Part shown: positions 20,201 through 27,218 of the stretch, one piece after another | Layout of the letters: each line of letters opens with the position of its first letter | Numbering within the stretch: position 1 is the first letter of the stretch | NCBI GenBank assembly: GCA_002344005.1 | Contig: DDTD01000043.1 | Location: 1,746-65,745, forward strand | Length of the DNA: 64,000 nucleotides | DNA from: Ignavibacteria bacterium UBA2373 | GTDB taxonomy: Bacteria; Bacteroidota; Ignavibacteria; Kapaibacteriales; UBA961 | Direction: 5' to 3' | The notes under the pieces: model-generated | Database searches by the model: none | Told to the model about the DNA's origin: nothing | The model's input: only the letters and a program-made list of their open reading frames with translations | Program-made: the position numbers and the translations under genes

Positions 20201-21338
20201 CCGCATTTTTGCCGAAGGAAATTGCCAAATCAAAGATACTCGTCGCATTAATGTCGGTCCTTCATCCATTACTTTAGCAACGCAACCCGACACATTGGTT
20301 GCTGCATGCGAAGGGCTACCTTTCACCATGCGTGTTACCACCACTACCGTTCCTGCTGATTTACCATTGCGTTTCCGTTGGTTCAAAGGCAATACAGAAT
20401 TAACAGACGGTAATGGCATAACAGGTGCAACGACCAATACTATAGCATTTGCAAACTCATCCGCAGCAATCGCCGGAATTTATACCGTAAAAGTAGAAGC
20501 ATTATCAGGCAATGCCACAAATCAATCGCACAATATTCGTGTGGTGCTTGGCGATAAACCGCGTTTTATTATTCAGCCGCGTTCACGTGAGGTCTGTGCC
20601 GGAGAATTATTCGTTCTCAATGCCGACGCAATATCCAATTCGCTCATGGAATATCGCTGGATACGCAATGGAGTGCTTTTACCCGACAGAACAAATTCTT
20701 TTGCATTACAATTCGATACTGCCGGTCGCCAATACTTCTATCGTTGTATTGTCACAACCGAATGTGGAAGCGACACATCGGACTTATGCACAATCACAAC
20801 AACAGCATTGCCAACCATCACACAGCAACCGCCTAAAACATTGGCAATAGAGCAATCAAAATATGGTCGTTTGACAGTCGGTGCATTTGCCTCACGAGCA
20901 TTGCGCTATTCGTGGGTCAAAGACGGCAAAGCCATCGAAGGCAATAATTCTCCCGTTTTAGAAATTGCCATCGCAACCAAAAAAGATGAAGGCAAATATT
21001 GGGTGAATGTGATAGGGGATTGCGATACTCTAAGCAGCGACACAACCATCGTCACCGTCACTGCGCCATCATCGCTCAGCGAAGAAGAAACACAACGATT
21101 TGTCACGCTCTCGCCCAATCCGGCACATTCCTTTGTCACAGTATTCGTGAATCCATTGCTCAAACCATCCGCAATGCGTATCACTGATATGATTGGCAAA
21201 GAAATCATGCGCTTTGATGCTCAACAAATCAGCGAATCCATGCAAATAGATGTGCAGAACTTTATGTCCGGTCAATACTGGATTACCCTTCAATCCGACC
21301 AAGGCATACTTGTCTTGCCATTGCATATCATGAAATAA
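17298..21338 (+). CDS. very large secreted protein with about 5 Ig-like (I-set) domains and a T9SS type-A C-terminal sorting domain
   Basis: It has a signal peptide (MKMFRLFVNVACAVLCA) and repeated W/FKxG...GxYxVxV Ig-like modules. The C-terminus (LSPNPAHSFVTV...MSGQYWITLQSDQGILVLPLHIMK) matches the Por secretion-system C-terminal domain. The ORF track starts at GTG 17283. Confidence 0.75.
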   Translation, partial: FMKMFRLFVNVACAVLCATVTLFSQTNPTPYDLSLGDYSLLAWSPTNAAGVYPPGIRFHRTANGSAVDPGLAVEFTTDYTLAYNLTGGVRINGLDNDGFGIVNTSSTTNGQLGAAVLALNCANRSNVTVSWLGGTLTQGDGNPTPREYAIRLQYRIGTTAAWTDVPGPIEYTSAGKTNGHTQTFSTVLPIAVNNEPVVQLRWKYYSAAANSGGQRPRLRLDDIVVTSTSAFGTPTALKITSITPSSPSSTSTFAVTVQSVNALGNPVNVPTETSFSLSRFAGTGTLAGTLTGTIPANQNSVIVSGVSYNVAESGVIILASRTAGELLTDGQSAPFTVTQGATQTALIGIQTKGYIGKTFQTFTVEARRQDNSVDPNYTGNVTVTVASGTNSVIGTLTKPLVNGIATFNDIRFSAEGTYTLRFSTTGLSSIDSPPITINPRITMQDVLIPQVVKSTSNLTRVPAYALVRFDNLFPNTTYRFMTSGLENRTLITFGAGNNLHYSAETNSFNYSSNKTLTSTSVPPDYSTFITGPGETSKSVWINILTTGNTRFAEGNSMWWRVFLSDIIGGTPDTLTTVAASRCVEFGSSTTQATGIFDSQSGATPKNIICLYNNEEGTGNPVATALVQDDGTVIFRTFGTNNVVTTKAVDFYEALDQVAGSWVTLIPNNLTGGIKRVEERRLSDGEIVRFYTDADGVWSTVNTVRTSSGITAIDFRTPQLTVTSPTAGQAICALTDQQIRWTSRGVSNVKIDITRNGTGFSPIVASTDGFAQLYDWFITHAENDGATYQVRVTDNEHPMVSGLSQQFSITLPPRLLFQPISQNKCIGDTILLRVGTEGTATAYQWFKDGQPLTGATTNVLRILYARETNTGKYQVRVSGTSICGDIWSDTAIVYVTPELTILKQPQDAVAQLGKTLSLSVEVMGTDKHRYQWFKGNVALQNSTRISGAQTPNLIIREFKATDNGTDYFCRIFAEGNCQIKDTRRINVGPSSITLATQPDTLVAACEGLPFTMRVTTTTVPADLPLRFRWFKGNTELTDGNGITGATTNTIAFANSSAAIAGIYTVKVEALSGNATNQSHNIRVVLGDKPRFIIQPRSREVCAGELFVLNADAISNSLMEYRWIRNGVLLPDRTNSFALQFDTAGRQYFYRCIVTTECGSDTSDLCTITTTALPTITQQPPKTLAIEQSKYGRLTVGAFASRALRYSWVKDGKAIEGNNSPVLEIAIATKKDEGKYWVNVIGDCDTLSSDTTIVTVTAPSSLSEEETQRFVTLSPNPAHSFVTVFVNPLLKPSAMRITDMIGKEIMRFDAQQISESMQIDVQNFMSGQYWITLQSDQGILVLPLHIMK

Positions 21339-21365
21339 AACACTTAGCAAAACTCTCATAACAAA

Positions 21366-21400
21366 GCTCATTGTCACACAGGCAATGGGCTTTTTTATTT
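21366..21400 (+). terminator. rho-independent terminator of the T9SS cargo gene
   Basis: Stem gctcattg/caatgggc (with one U-G wobble pair) is followed by TTTTTTATTTT, 28 bp after the stop. Confidence 0.6.
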
Positions 21401-21414
21401 TGTAGCCACAGAAT

Positions 21415-22020
21415 TTCCCTCAAACCAACCACAAAGTATTCAATCCCGAAGGGATGATATAGTAATAGGAACAAGTCCATAGCAAAACCAAATCCCAACG
21501 GGATGACATACACAATGACTATACCGCTCCTTCGGAGCTACGGATACTTTCTCTGGCTTCATTGTCTATGAATATATCGCTCCTTCGGAGCTAATTCCAT
21601 CATCAACCAAAAACAATCGCCTTCCAACCACAAACCACAACCATCCAAAATTCCCCTCTTGAGGGGTGTCCGAAGGACGGGGTGGATAAACAAAACCGTA
21701 TCCATATTTCATTCAATCCCAACGAGATGATATAGTAATAGAAAACCACATTCTCCCCATCCAACCACATTTCATTCAATCACAACGGGATGATATAGTA
21801 ATAGAAAACCATATTATCCCCATCTAACCACATTTCATTCAATCCCGAAGGGATGATATAGTAATAGAAAATCATATTCCCTCAAACCAACCACAAAGTA
21901 TTCAATCCCGAAGGGATGATATAGTAATAGAAAACCATATTACCCCAAACCAACCACATTTCATTTAATCCCAACGGGATGACATAGTAATAGGGGAATC
22001 ATTGACAATTGACAATCAAC
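21415..22020. repeat. tandem array with an exact 63-bp period (5 complete units from 21706 to 22020, plus a 54-bp partial upstream copy), each unit carrying a GC-clamped triloop hairpin
   Basis: The unit consensus is atttcattcaatccc-RAN-gggatgatatagtaatagaaaaccatatt followed by a variable 14-16 nt tail (cc..aaccac). Unit starts are at 21706, 21769, 21832, 21895 and 21958. Sequence 21415-21468 is a perfect 54-bp copy of 21877-21930. Stop codons occur in all six reading frames. Confidence 0.85.
21469..21705. other. unique hairpin-rich segment embedded in the 63-bp array; candidate structured non-coding RNA (ncRNA)
   Basis: It carries two copies of GCTCC-TTC-GGAGC (21526-21538 and 21579-21591), a CCCCT-CTTG-AGGGG hairpin (21653-21666) and a GTCC-GAA-GGAC hairpin (21668-21678). 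It has no coding potential. Confidence 0.3.
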
Positions 22021-22248
22021 CTAAAAATACTATCTAACAAGCTAAAAATACTATCTAACAACCTAAAAATACTATCTAATAACCTAAAAACATAATCTAA
22101 TGACTTAAAAATATTATCTGACAAGCTAAAAATGTTATCCTATGACATAAAAACATAATCCAACAAGCTAAAAATGCTATCTGATGACCTAAAAATACTA
22201 TCTAATGAGCTAAAAATGCTATCTGACAACCTAAAAATGCTATCTGAC
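22021..22248. repeat. 11 tandem direct repeats with an exact 21-bp period (consensus ctaaaaatactatctaacaag), giving phased A5-6 tracts
   Basis: Unit starts are at 22021, 22042, 22063, 22084, 22105, 22126, 22147, 22168, 22189, 22210 and 22231. The array ends about 90 bp upstream of the start of the 22339 gene. Confidence 0.9.
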
Positions 22249-22338
22249 TTGTTGGAACATGATTTTTTTGTCTTAGAATTTGGTTTATTGTCTATTGTAT
22301 AGTATTTTTGCTTTATATATATTTCATTGAGGATTATT

Positions 22339-23508
22339 ATGGCTGATGTTAAACGTACATTTTCTATGCCCTATGCAGAATTAGTAAGCTTTGCTAATAT
22401 GTTATGTCAAAATTTGACGACAGATTTGGCTTTATTTGCTGATTATGGCGTGACTGCGCCTAAAATTGCTGCTTTGCAGGCATTGTCTGATGCTTTTGAG
22501 GCGTTCCCGTCGGATCAAACATTTGTGTATCAGATGATGATTGCCACTGAAGATAAAAATGCTAAACGTGATGAGCTTATTAAGCTGATTAAGTCTTTTG
22601 CGGTGAGGTTTGCGGCTGTGTTCGGGTTCGATAGTCCGCGTTATAAGGGCTTGAAAACAAGTAATATAGGGTTGCAAACGGATTTGAATGTGTTGGCTAC
22701 TGCTCGTTTTGTGGCGCAGGAGGCGGAAAGCTCTTTGGCGCAGCTTGCTTCGGAGGGCATAACGCAGGCAATGGTGGATAATTTTGTTGCCGAAGCGAAT
22801 GAGTTTGAGCAATTGATGTATGCACAAAAGTCGGCGAAGATGTTGCGCTCGGTGAAAACGGATGAACGCGCTACGAAGGGCAATGAAATTTATACTTTGA
22901 TTGTGAAATATTGTTCGTATGGCAAGCAAATTTTCGAGGCGGGCACTGCTAATTATGAAAAATATGTGATTACGGATAGTTATGTGCCGCAAACGCCTCC
23001 GCAAGCACCGGAAACGCTGTTTTATCAAAATGGCGAGCTTTCTTATAGCGAAAGTGATGGGGCATCGAGCTATAAAGTGGAGCGCAATCCCACTCCGACG
23101 GATGAAAATGCGTGGATTATTGTCTATGAGGGCGATGAAACGGAGGTTGCGGTTGGTCAAATTGGCGATGGTATGCGCATGAGGGTCTGGGCACGTAATG
23201 ATGCCGGCTTCTCGGTGAATCCAAGCTATTCGGTATATAGTGTTGTGTTTTTGAATGTGCCGAGTAATTTCCATTTTTCTGCCGGAACGCTGTATTGGGA
23301 TGCGGTTGATTGGGCTAATGGCTATGAATTTGAGTCTTCATTGAATCAAACAGAGTGGGAAGTGTTGAGCAATCAAAATGTGTTGGAATATACGCCTGTG
23401 CCGGGTTCGGGTATGGTGTATTATCGTGTGCGGGCAATGTATGGTAATGTGCATTCGGATTATGCTGCGGTGATTGGTATTGATTGGGGTAATGTGGTGA
23501 ATGGGTGA
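22339..23508 (+). CDS. hypothetical protein: N-terminal alpha-helical domain of about 220 aa plus two FN3-like domains; no signal peptide
   Basis: A GAGGA Shine-Dalgarno sequence lies 5 nt upstream of the ATG at 22339; the ORF track begins at 22327. FN3 hallmarks are present (YKVERNP...MRMRVWARN, and GYEFESS...MVYYRVRAMYGN). The coding strand is strongly G+T-rich. Confidence 0.6.
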   Translation: MADVKRTFSMPYAELVSFANMLCQNLTTDLALFADYGVTAPKIAALQALSDAFEAFPSDQTFVYQMMIATEDKNAKRDELIKLIKSFAVRFAAVFGFDSPRYKGLKTSNIGLQTDLNVLATARFVAQEAESSLAQLASEGITQAMVDNFVAEANEFEQLMYAQKSAKMLRSVKTDERATKGNEIYTLIVKYCSYGKQIFEAGTANYEKYVITDSYVPQTPPQAPETLFYQNGELSYSESDGASSYKVERNPTPTDENAWIIVYEGDETEVAVGQIGDGMRMRVWARNDAGFSVNPSYSVYSVVFLNVPSNFHFSAGTLYWDAVDWANGYEFESSLNQTEWEVLSNQNVLEYTPVPGSGMVYYRVRAMYGNVHSDYAAVIGIDWGNVVNG

Positions 23509-23641
23509 GGGGAGAGTTGATGCTTTTAATCCAACAGAAATGGAATGGCAATAGGGGAAACGGAATTTATATGTAATCAATTAAAATAAAGTGAGAATTT
23601 ATAATACAATTTTGTAGTCATATCATATTTAGAAGGAGATT

Positions 23642-24058
23642 ATGGTGAATCAAATATTTCAAATTTCTAATGATAATTTATGGAATTTAATTAATGACCA
23701 TTTTGGAAATGGTGGAGGGGTCTATAAAATTATTGCTATGAGTGATAATAAACCTACAGCAATAAACAGATTTATTGGCATAGACACAACGGGTGTACTT
23801 TATATAGGAAAAGCAGACTCTTTTGTGGATAGAGTAATTACTTTAAAAAGGTCACTATTACCTGATTATACTGATACGAATCATAAAGTTGGTAAAGTAT
23901 ATAAGGAACATCCAATAATTGCAGCACATTTTCCACTTGAAAATTTATATGTTGATCTTCAAGCAGATGACAATCCGGAAAACCTTGAAAGTATATTGAT
24001 TGATGAATATTTTAAAAAATACGGTGAGGTCCCTCCACTAAATGCAAATCAGAGTTGA
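23642..24058 (+). CDS. hypothetical small protein (138 aa) with a weak GIY...YIG-like motif pair
   Basis: It has an AAGGAG ribosome-binding site. The motifs GVYKI and LYIGKA are separated by about 26 residues, which is longer than in the canonical GIY-YIG nuclease domain. Its AT-rich composition differs sharply from the flanking GT-skewed genes. Confidence 0.45.
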   Translation: MVNQIFQISNDNLWNLINDHFGNGGGVYKIIAMSDNKPTAINRFIGIDTTGVLYIGKADSFVDRVITLKRSLLPDYTDTNHKVGKVYKEHPIIAAHFPLENLYVDLQADDNPENLESILIDEYFKKYGEVPPLNANQS

Positions 24059-24094
24059 TTACATAATTTTTATTAATGTTAACAAATAAAATTT

Positions 24095-24134
24095 AGGGCA
24101 GTTCAAAAAGAGCTGCTTTTTTTTTGTTTGAAAA
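24095..24134 (+). terminator. rho-independent terminator (copy 1 of a duplicated terminator module)
   Basis: The sequence agggcagttcaaaaagagctgc is followed by T9. It lies 37 bp after the stop of the 23642-24058 gene. Confidence 0.6.
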
Positions 24135-24208
24135 TGTAGTATATTGCATTTGAAAAAGGTTCCCGCGCGTTTATGAATTAGGGGAGTCGTAAGGGAAATC
24201 TTATCAAT

Positions 24209-24247
24209 AAGGGCAGTTCGCAAGAGCTGCCCTTTTTTTGTTTAGAA
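24209..24247. terminator. rho-independent terminator (copy 2, likely bidirectional)
   Basis: gggcag-ttcgcaagag-ctgccc is followed by T7. It overlaps the stop of the convergent outer-membrane-protein gene. Its sequence is near-identical to copy 1. Confidence 0.6.
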
Positions 24248-24883
24248 GTAAAGTCTTGCGGTGATGAAAGTGGAGGTATAGAGTGCTGTTGTGTTGGATG
24301 TTGAAGGGCTTAGTGCTGCGGGTTCTATTTTGGGATTGCCTTCATTGTAATAATTGAGTTGCGCTTCGATGCCGAGCGAGAATTTTTTTCCTAAGAAGTA
24401 TTCGCCTCCGATTGTTGTTGCTATGTTGATAGCTGTTGTATGGACTGATGTGGCATTGATGTCAGTGGCGGTGTTGAGTTCGGATTTTTTTGCGGTGAGT
24501 ATTGTGGAAGGTCTGATGCCGATATTGATTTGGAGATTGTCTGTTATGGTTGATGTGTAGAGTATTCCGATGCCGATTCGCATTAGTGATTCTGATTGAG
24601 TTTGTGTGGCTGTGTATTGTTGATCATTAGATTCGCTTTTGTATGAAGTTTGACTTAAGCCGAATACGGGTTCGATGCGGAGGTGTTGTATGATGTCAAT
24701 GGGTATGAGAAATTCGGGTAGAATCATTGCTTTTTGCGCTGCTGCATTTTCTTTGATTGGTGCTATGAATGAGAGTGCTGCACCTAATCCAATGCGGAAT
24801 GAAGGTTGTTGGTTTTGTGCTTGGAGGTTTGTGTGTATGATGATTGCTGAAAGCAGTGCAATGATGGCAATTTTGTTATTCAT
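24242..24883 (-). CDS. outer-membrane beta-barrel protein (OmpW/porin-like family)
   Basis: It has a signal peptide (MNNKIAIIALLSAIIIHTNLQAQ), alternating hydrophobic beta-strands, and a C-terminal aromatic residue (ARLYF). Confidence 0.7.
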   Translation of the reverse strand: MNNKIAIIALLSAIIIHTNLQAQNQQPSFRIGLGAALSFIAPIKENAAAQKAMILPEFLIPIDIIQHLRIEPVFGLSQTSYKSESNDQQYTATQTQSESLMRIGIGILYTSTITDNLQINIGIRPSTILTAKKSELNTATDINATSVHTTAINIATTIGGEYFLGKKFSLGIEAQLNYYNEGNPKIEPAALSPSTSNTTALYTSTFITARLYF

Positions 24884-25010
24884 GATGTATGGAAATAGAG
24901 AGTGATTGAAGAGTATTTATGCTAAGATAGAGAAAGTTTGTGAGAAAGAGTGTGTGGTTATTGTTGATTTGTATGCAGTTTTGTTTGTGGCGTTCTAATG
25001 AAGTAATGGC

Positions 25011-25943
25011 TTGTTCGTCAAGGTTGGACATATTGTAGGGAAGAAGTCATTGGAAGATTCACGAAAATATTTGCGTCCGGAGGTTGTAGCGCAGCTTTCG
25101 AGTATTGAGTTGCGTGCTCGGCTTGTGGTTGAGGGTTTTATTACGGGTTTGCATAAGTCGCCGTATCATGGATTTAGTGTTGAGTTTGCGGAGCATCGTC
25201 AGTATCAGCCGGGTGATGATTTGCGTTATATGGATTGGAAGATAGTTGGTCGTTCGGGTCGTTATTATGTGAAGCAATTTGAGGAGGAGACGAATTTACG
25301 AGCGATGATTTTTTTGGATTGCAGCGGTTCTATGCGTTATCAGTCGAAGGGTCATATACGTAAGTTTGATTATGGAGCTTATGTTGCGGCAGCTTTGGCT
25401 ATGTTGATGATGAAGCAGCAAGATGCAGTTGGTCTTGCATTGTATGATCGGAGCGTGCGTTCATTTTTGCCATCTCGAAGTAAACAATCATATATTCGTG
25501 AGTTAATTAAGTCAATCGGGTCGGCAGAGCCATCGGAGCAAACGGGCACGGCAGAGGCATTGAATGGTTTGGCAGAGCGTATGGGTCGTCGTGGATTGGC
25601 AATAATTATCAGCGATTTTTTTGATGATACGGATTCGATAGTGCAGGCATTGAAGCATTTCCGTCATCGTCATCATGAGGTGATAGCGATGCAGATATTG
25701 GATCCTCGTGAGCTTGATTTTAAGTTGGGAGGCGATGTTACGCTTATTGATATGGAAACGGGCGAGAAGTTAATGACGCAACCGCAGCATATAGGAGCTT
25801 CGTATCGAGAGGCATTGCTTGCGCATAATGCAACGATAAAGCGTGAATGTTTTCAACGTGGTATTGATTATATATTGATAGATACTTCGCAGCCATTTGA
25901 TATTGCTTTGCGTGAGTATTTGGCTCGTCGTCGTCGTTTGTGA
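25011..25943 (+). CDS. DUF58 domain protein (vWA-like, of the type usually associated with a MoxR ATPase)
   Basis: The DUF58 signature is present (GxHxSxxxGxSVEFAEHRQYQPGDDLRYMDWKIVGRSGRYYVKQFEEE). The start codon is TTG. Confidence 0.8.
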   Translation: MFVKVGHIVGKKSLEDSRKYLRPEVVAQLSSIELRARLVVEGFITGLHKSPYHGFSVEFAEHRQYQPGDDLRYMDWKIVGRSGRYYVKQFEEETNLRAMIFLDCSGSMRYQSKGHIRKFDYGAYVAAALAMLMMKQQDAVGLALYDRSVRSFLPSRSKQSYIRELIKSIGSAEPSEQTGTAEALNGLAERMGRRGLAIIISDFFDDTDSIVQALKHFRHRHHEVIAMQILDPRELDFKLGGDVTLIDMETGEKLMTQPQHIGASYREALLAHNATIKRECFQRGIDYILIDTSQPFDIALREYLARRRRL

Positions 25944-25952
25944 TTTTTTTAT

Positions 25953-27218
25953 TTGTTTGATATTGTGAGTGTTATGGGATTAGTGGCTTTTACGGAAATT
26001 GGCAGCGTACTGATGATGCGTTCGTCGAGTAATCGTTTGTCGGGTTCGGCTATGAATGATATTGGTGTGTTGCGCAATGCTGCAATTGTGTTTGATGAGC
26101 AAATACGCTGGGTTGGGAGTATGGATGATTATGTCGCTGGTCGGACAGCGGGACAATGGTCGAATGTGAGTGAGATTTCGCTGAAAGGTCATTGTGTGAT
26201 GCCGGGTTTTGTTGATTCGCATACTCATATAGTGTTTGCGGGTAGCCGTGCGAATGAATATGGTCGTCGTTTGCAGGGTGTGAGTTATCAGCAAATTGCT
26301 TCGGAAGGCGGTGGGATACTTTCCACGATGCGTGCAGTGCGTGATTCTTCTGTGGAGGAATTGGCAGACATGGGAATCCGTTATGCTTTGTCGGCGATGA
26401 AGTATGGCACTACGACTATAGAGGTTAAATCGGGTTATGGTTTGAGTGTTGCGAGTGAGCTGGCGCAATTAAGAGCCATTCGCTTGGTACGTGAACAAGT
26501 GCCGATGCGAGTGATGTCCACATTTTTGGGAGCTCATGATATTCCGCCGGAATATAGAGATAATCGTGCGGGTTATATTGATGTATTGTGTGAGGAGATG
26601 TTACCGATTATTGCCGAAGAAGGTTTGGCGGATTTTTGCGATGTATTTACCGATACGGGTTATTATACGATAGCCGAAACAGAGTATATATTGGGCAAAG
26701 CTGCTGATTATGGTCTTAGAAGTAAGGTGCATGCCGATGAGTTGAGCTATGTGGGCGCGGCAGAGTGTGCGGTGCGAATTGGAGCAATTTCAGCGGATCA
26801 TTTATTGTGCATATCGGAACAAGGCATGAAAAATATGGCATCATCGGTTACTGTTGGTACATTATTGCCGGGCACAGCGTATAATTTGCGATTGCCGTAT
26901 GCGCCTGCTCGTGCCATGATTGAAGCGGGTATGACAGTGGCATTGGCAACGGATTGCAATCCGGGTTCATGTCTGAGTGAGAATATGCAAATGATGATTT
27001 CGCTTGCTTGCACGAATATGCGTATGACCGTAGAGGAGGCATTGGCAGCGAGTACAATTAATGGAGCGGCTGCATTGGGCTTAACCGATAAAGGTCAGTT
27101 ATCTCCCGGTAAAGATGCTGATATGATTATTATGTCGAATGAAGAATATGCGAATATTGCTTATCATTTTGGAGTGAATCACATTGAACAAGTTTGGATT
27201 AAAGGAAAAAAACAATGA
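25953..27218 (+). CDS. hutI: imidazolonepropionase
   Basis: The sequence GFVDSHTHIVFAGSRANEYGRRLQGVSYQQIASEGGGILSTMRAV closely matches the HutI metal-binding and active-site region. The length is 421 aa. Confidence 0.85.
   Translation: MFDIVSVMGLVAFTEIGSVLMMRSSSNRLSGSAMNDIGVLRNAAIVFDEQIRWVGSMDDYVAGRTAGQWSNVSEISLKGHCVMPGFVDSHTHIVFAGSRANEYGRRLQGVSYQQIASEGGGILSTMRAVRDSSVEELADMGIRYALSAMKYGTTTIEVKSGYGLSVASELAQLRAIRLVREQVPMRVMSTFLGAHDIPPEYRDNRAGYIDVLCEEMLPIIAEEGLADFCDVFTDTGYYTIAETEYILGKAADYGLRSKVHADELSYVGAAECAVRIGAISADHLLCISEQGMKNMASSVTVGTLLPGTAYNLRLPYAPARAMIEAGMTVALATDCNPGSCLSENMQMMISLACTNMRMTVEEALAASTINGAAALGLTDKGQLSPGKDADMIIMSNEEYANIAYHFGVNHIEQVWIKGKKQ

Noticed and set aside
21415-22020. Whether the 63-bp array is a CRISPR array
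   Set aside because: The conserved part (about 47 nt) is longer than the variable part (14-16 nt), and the variable tails all resemble one another (cc..aaccac), so they are not unique spacers. No cas genes lie anywhere in the window.
22432-23274. 280-aa ORF on the - strand (Arg/His/Ile-rich) antisense to the FN3 gene, and similar antisense ORFs at 25059-25277, 25980-26468 and 46839-47405
   Set aside because: They have low-complexity basic translations. They lie inside well-supported genes on the other strand (DUF58, hutI, gyrA). The skewed composition suppresses stops on the antisense strand.
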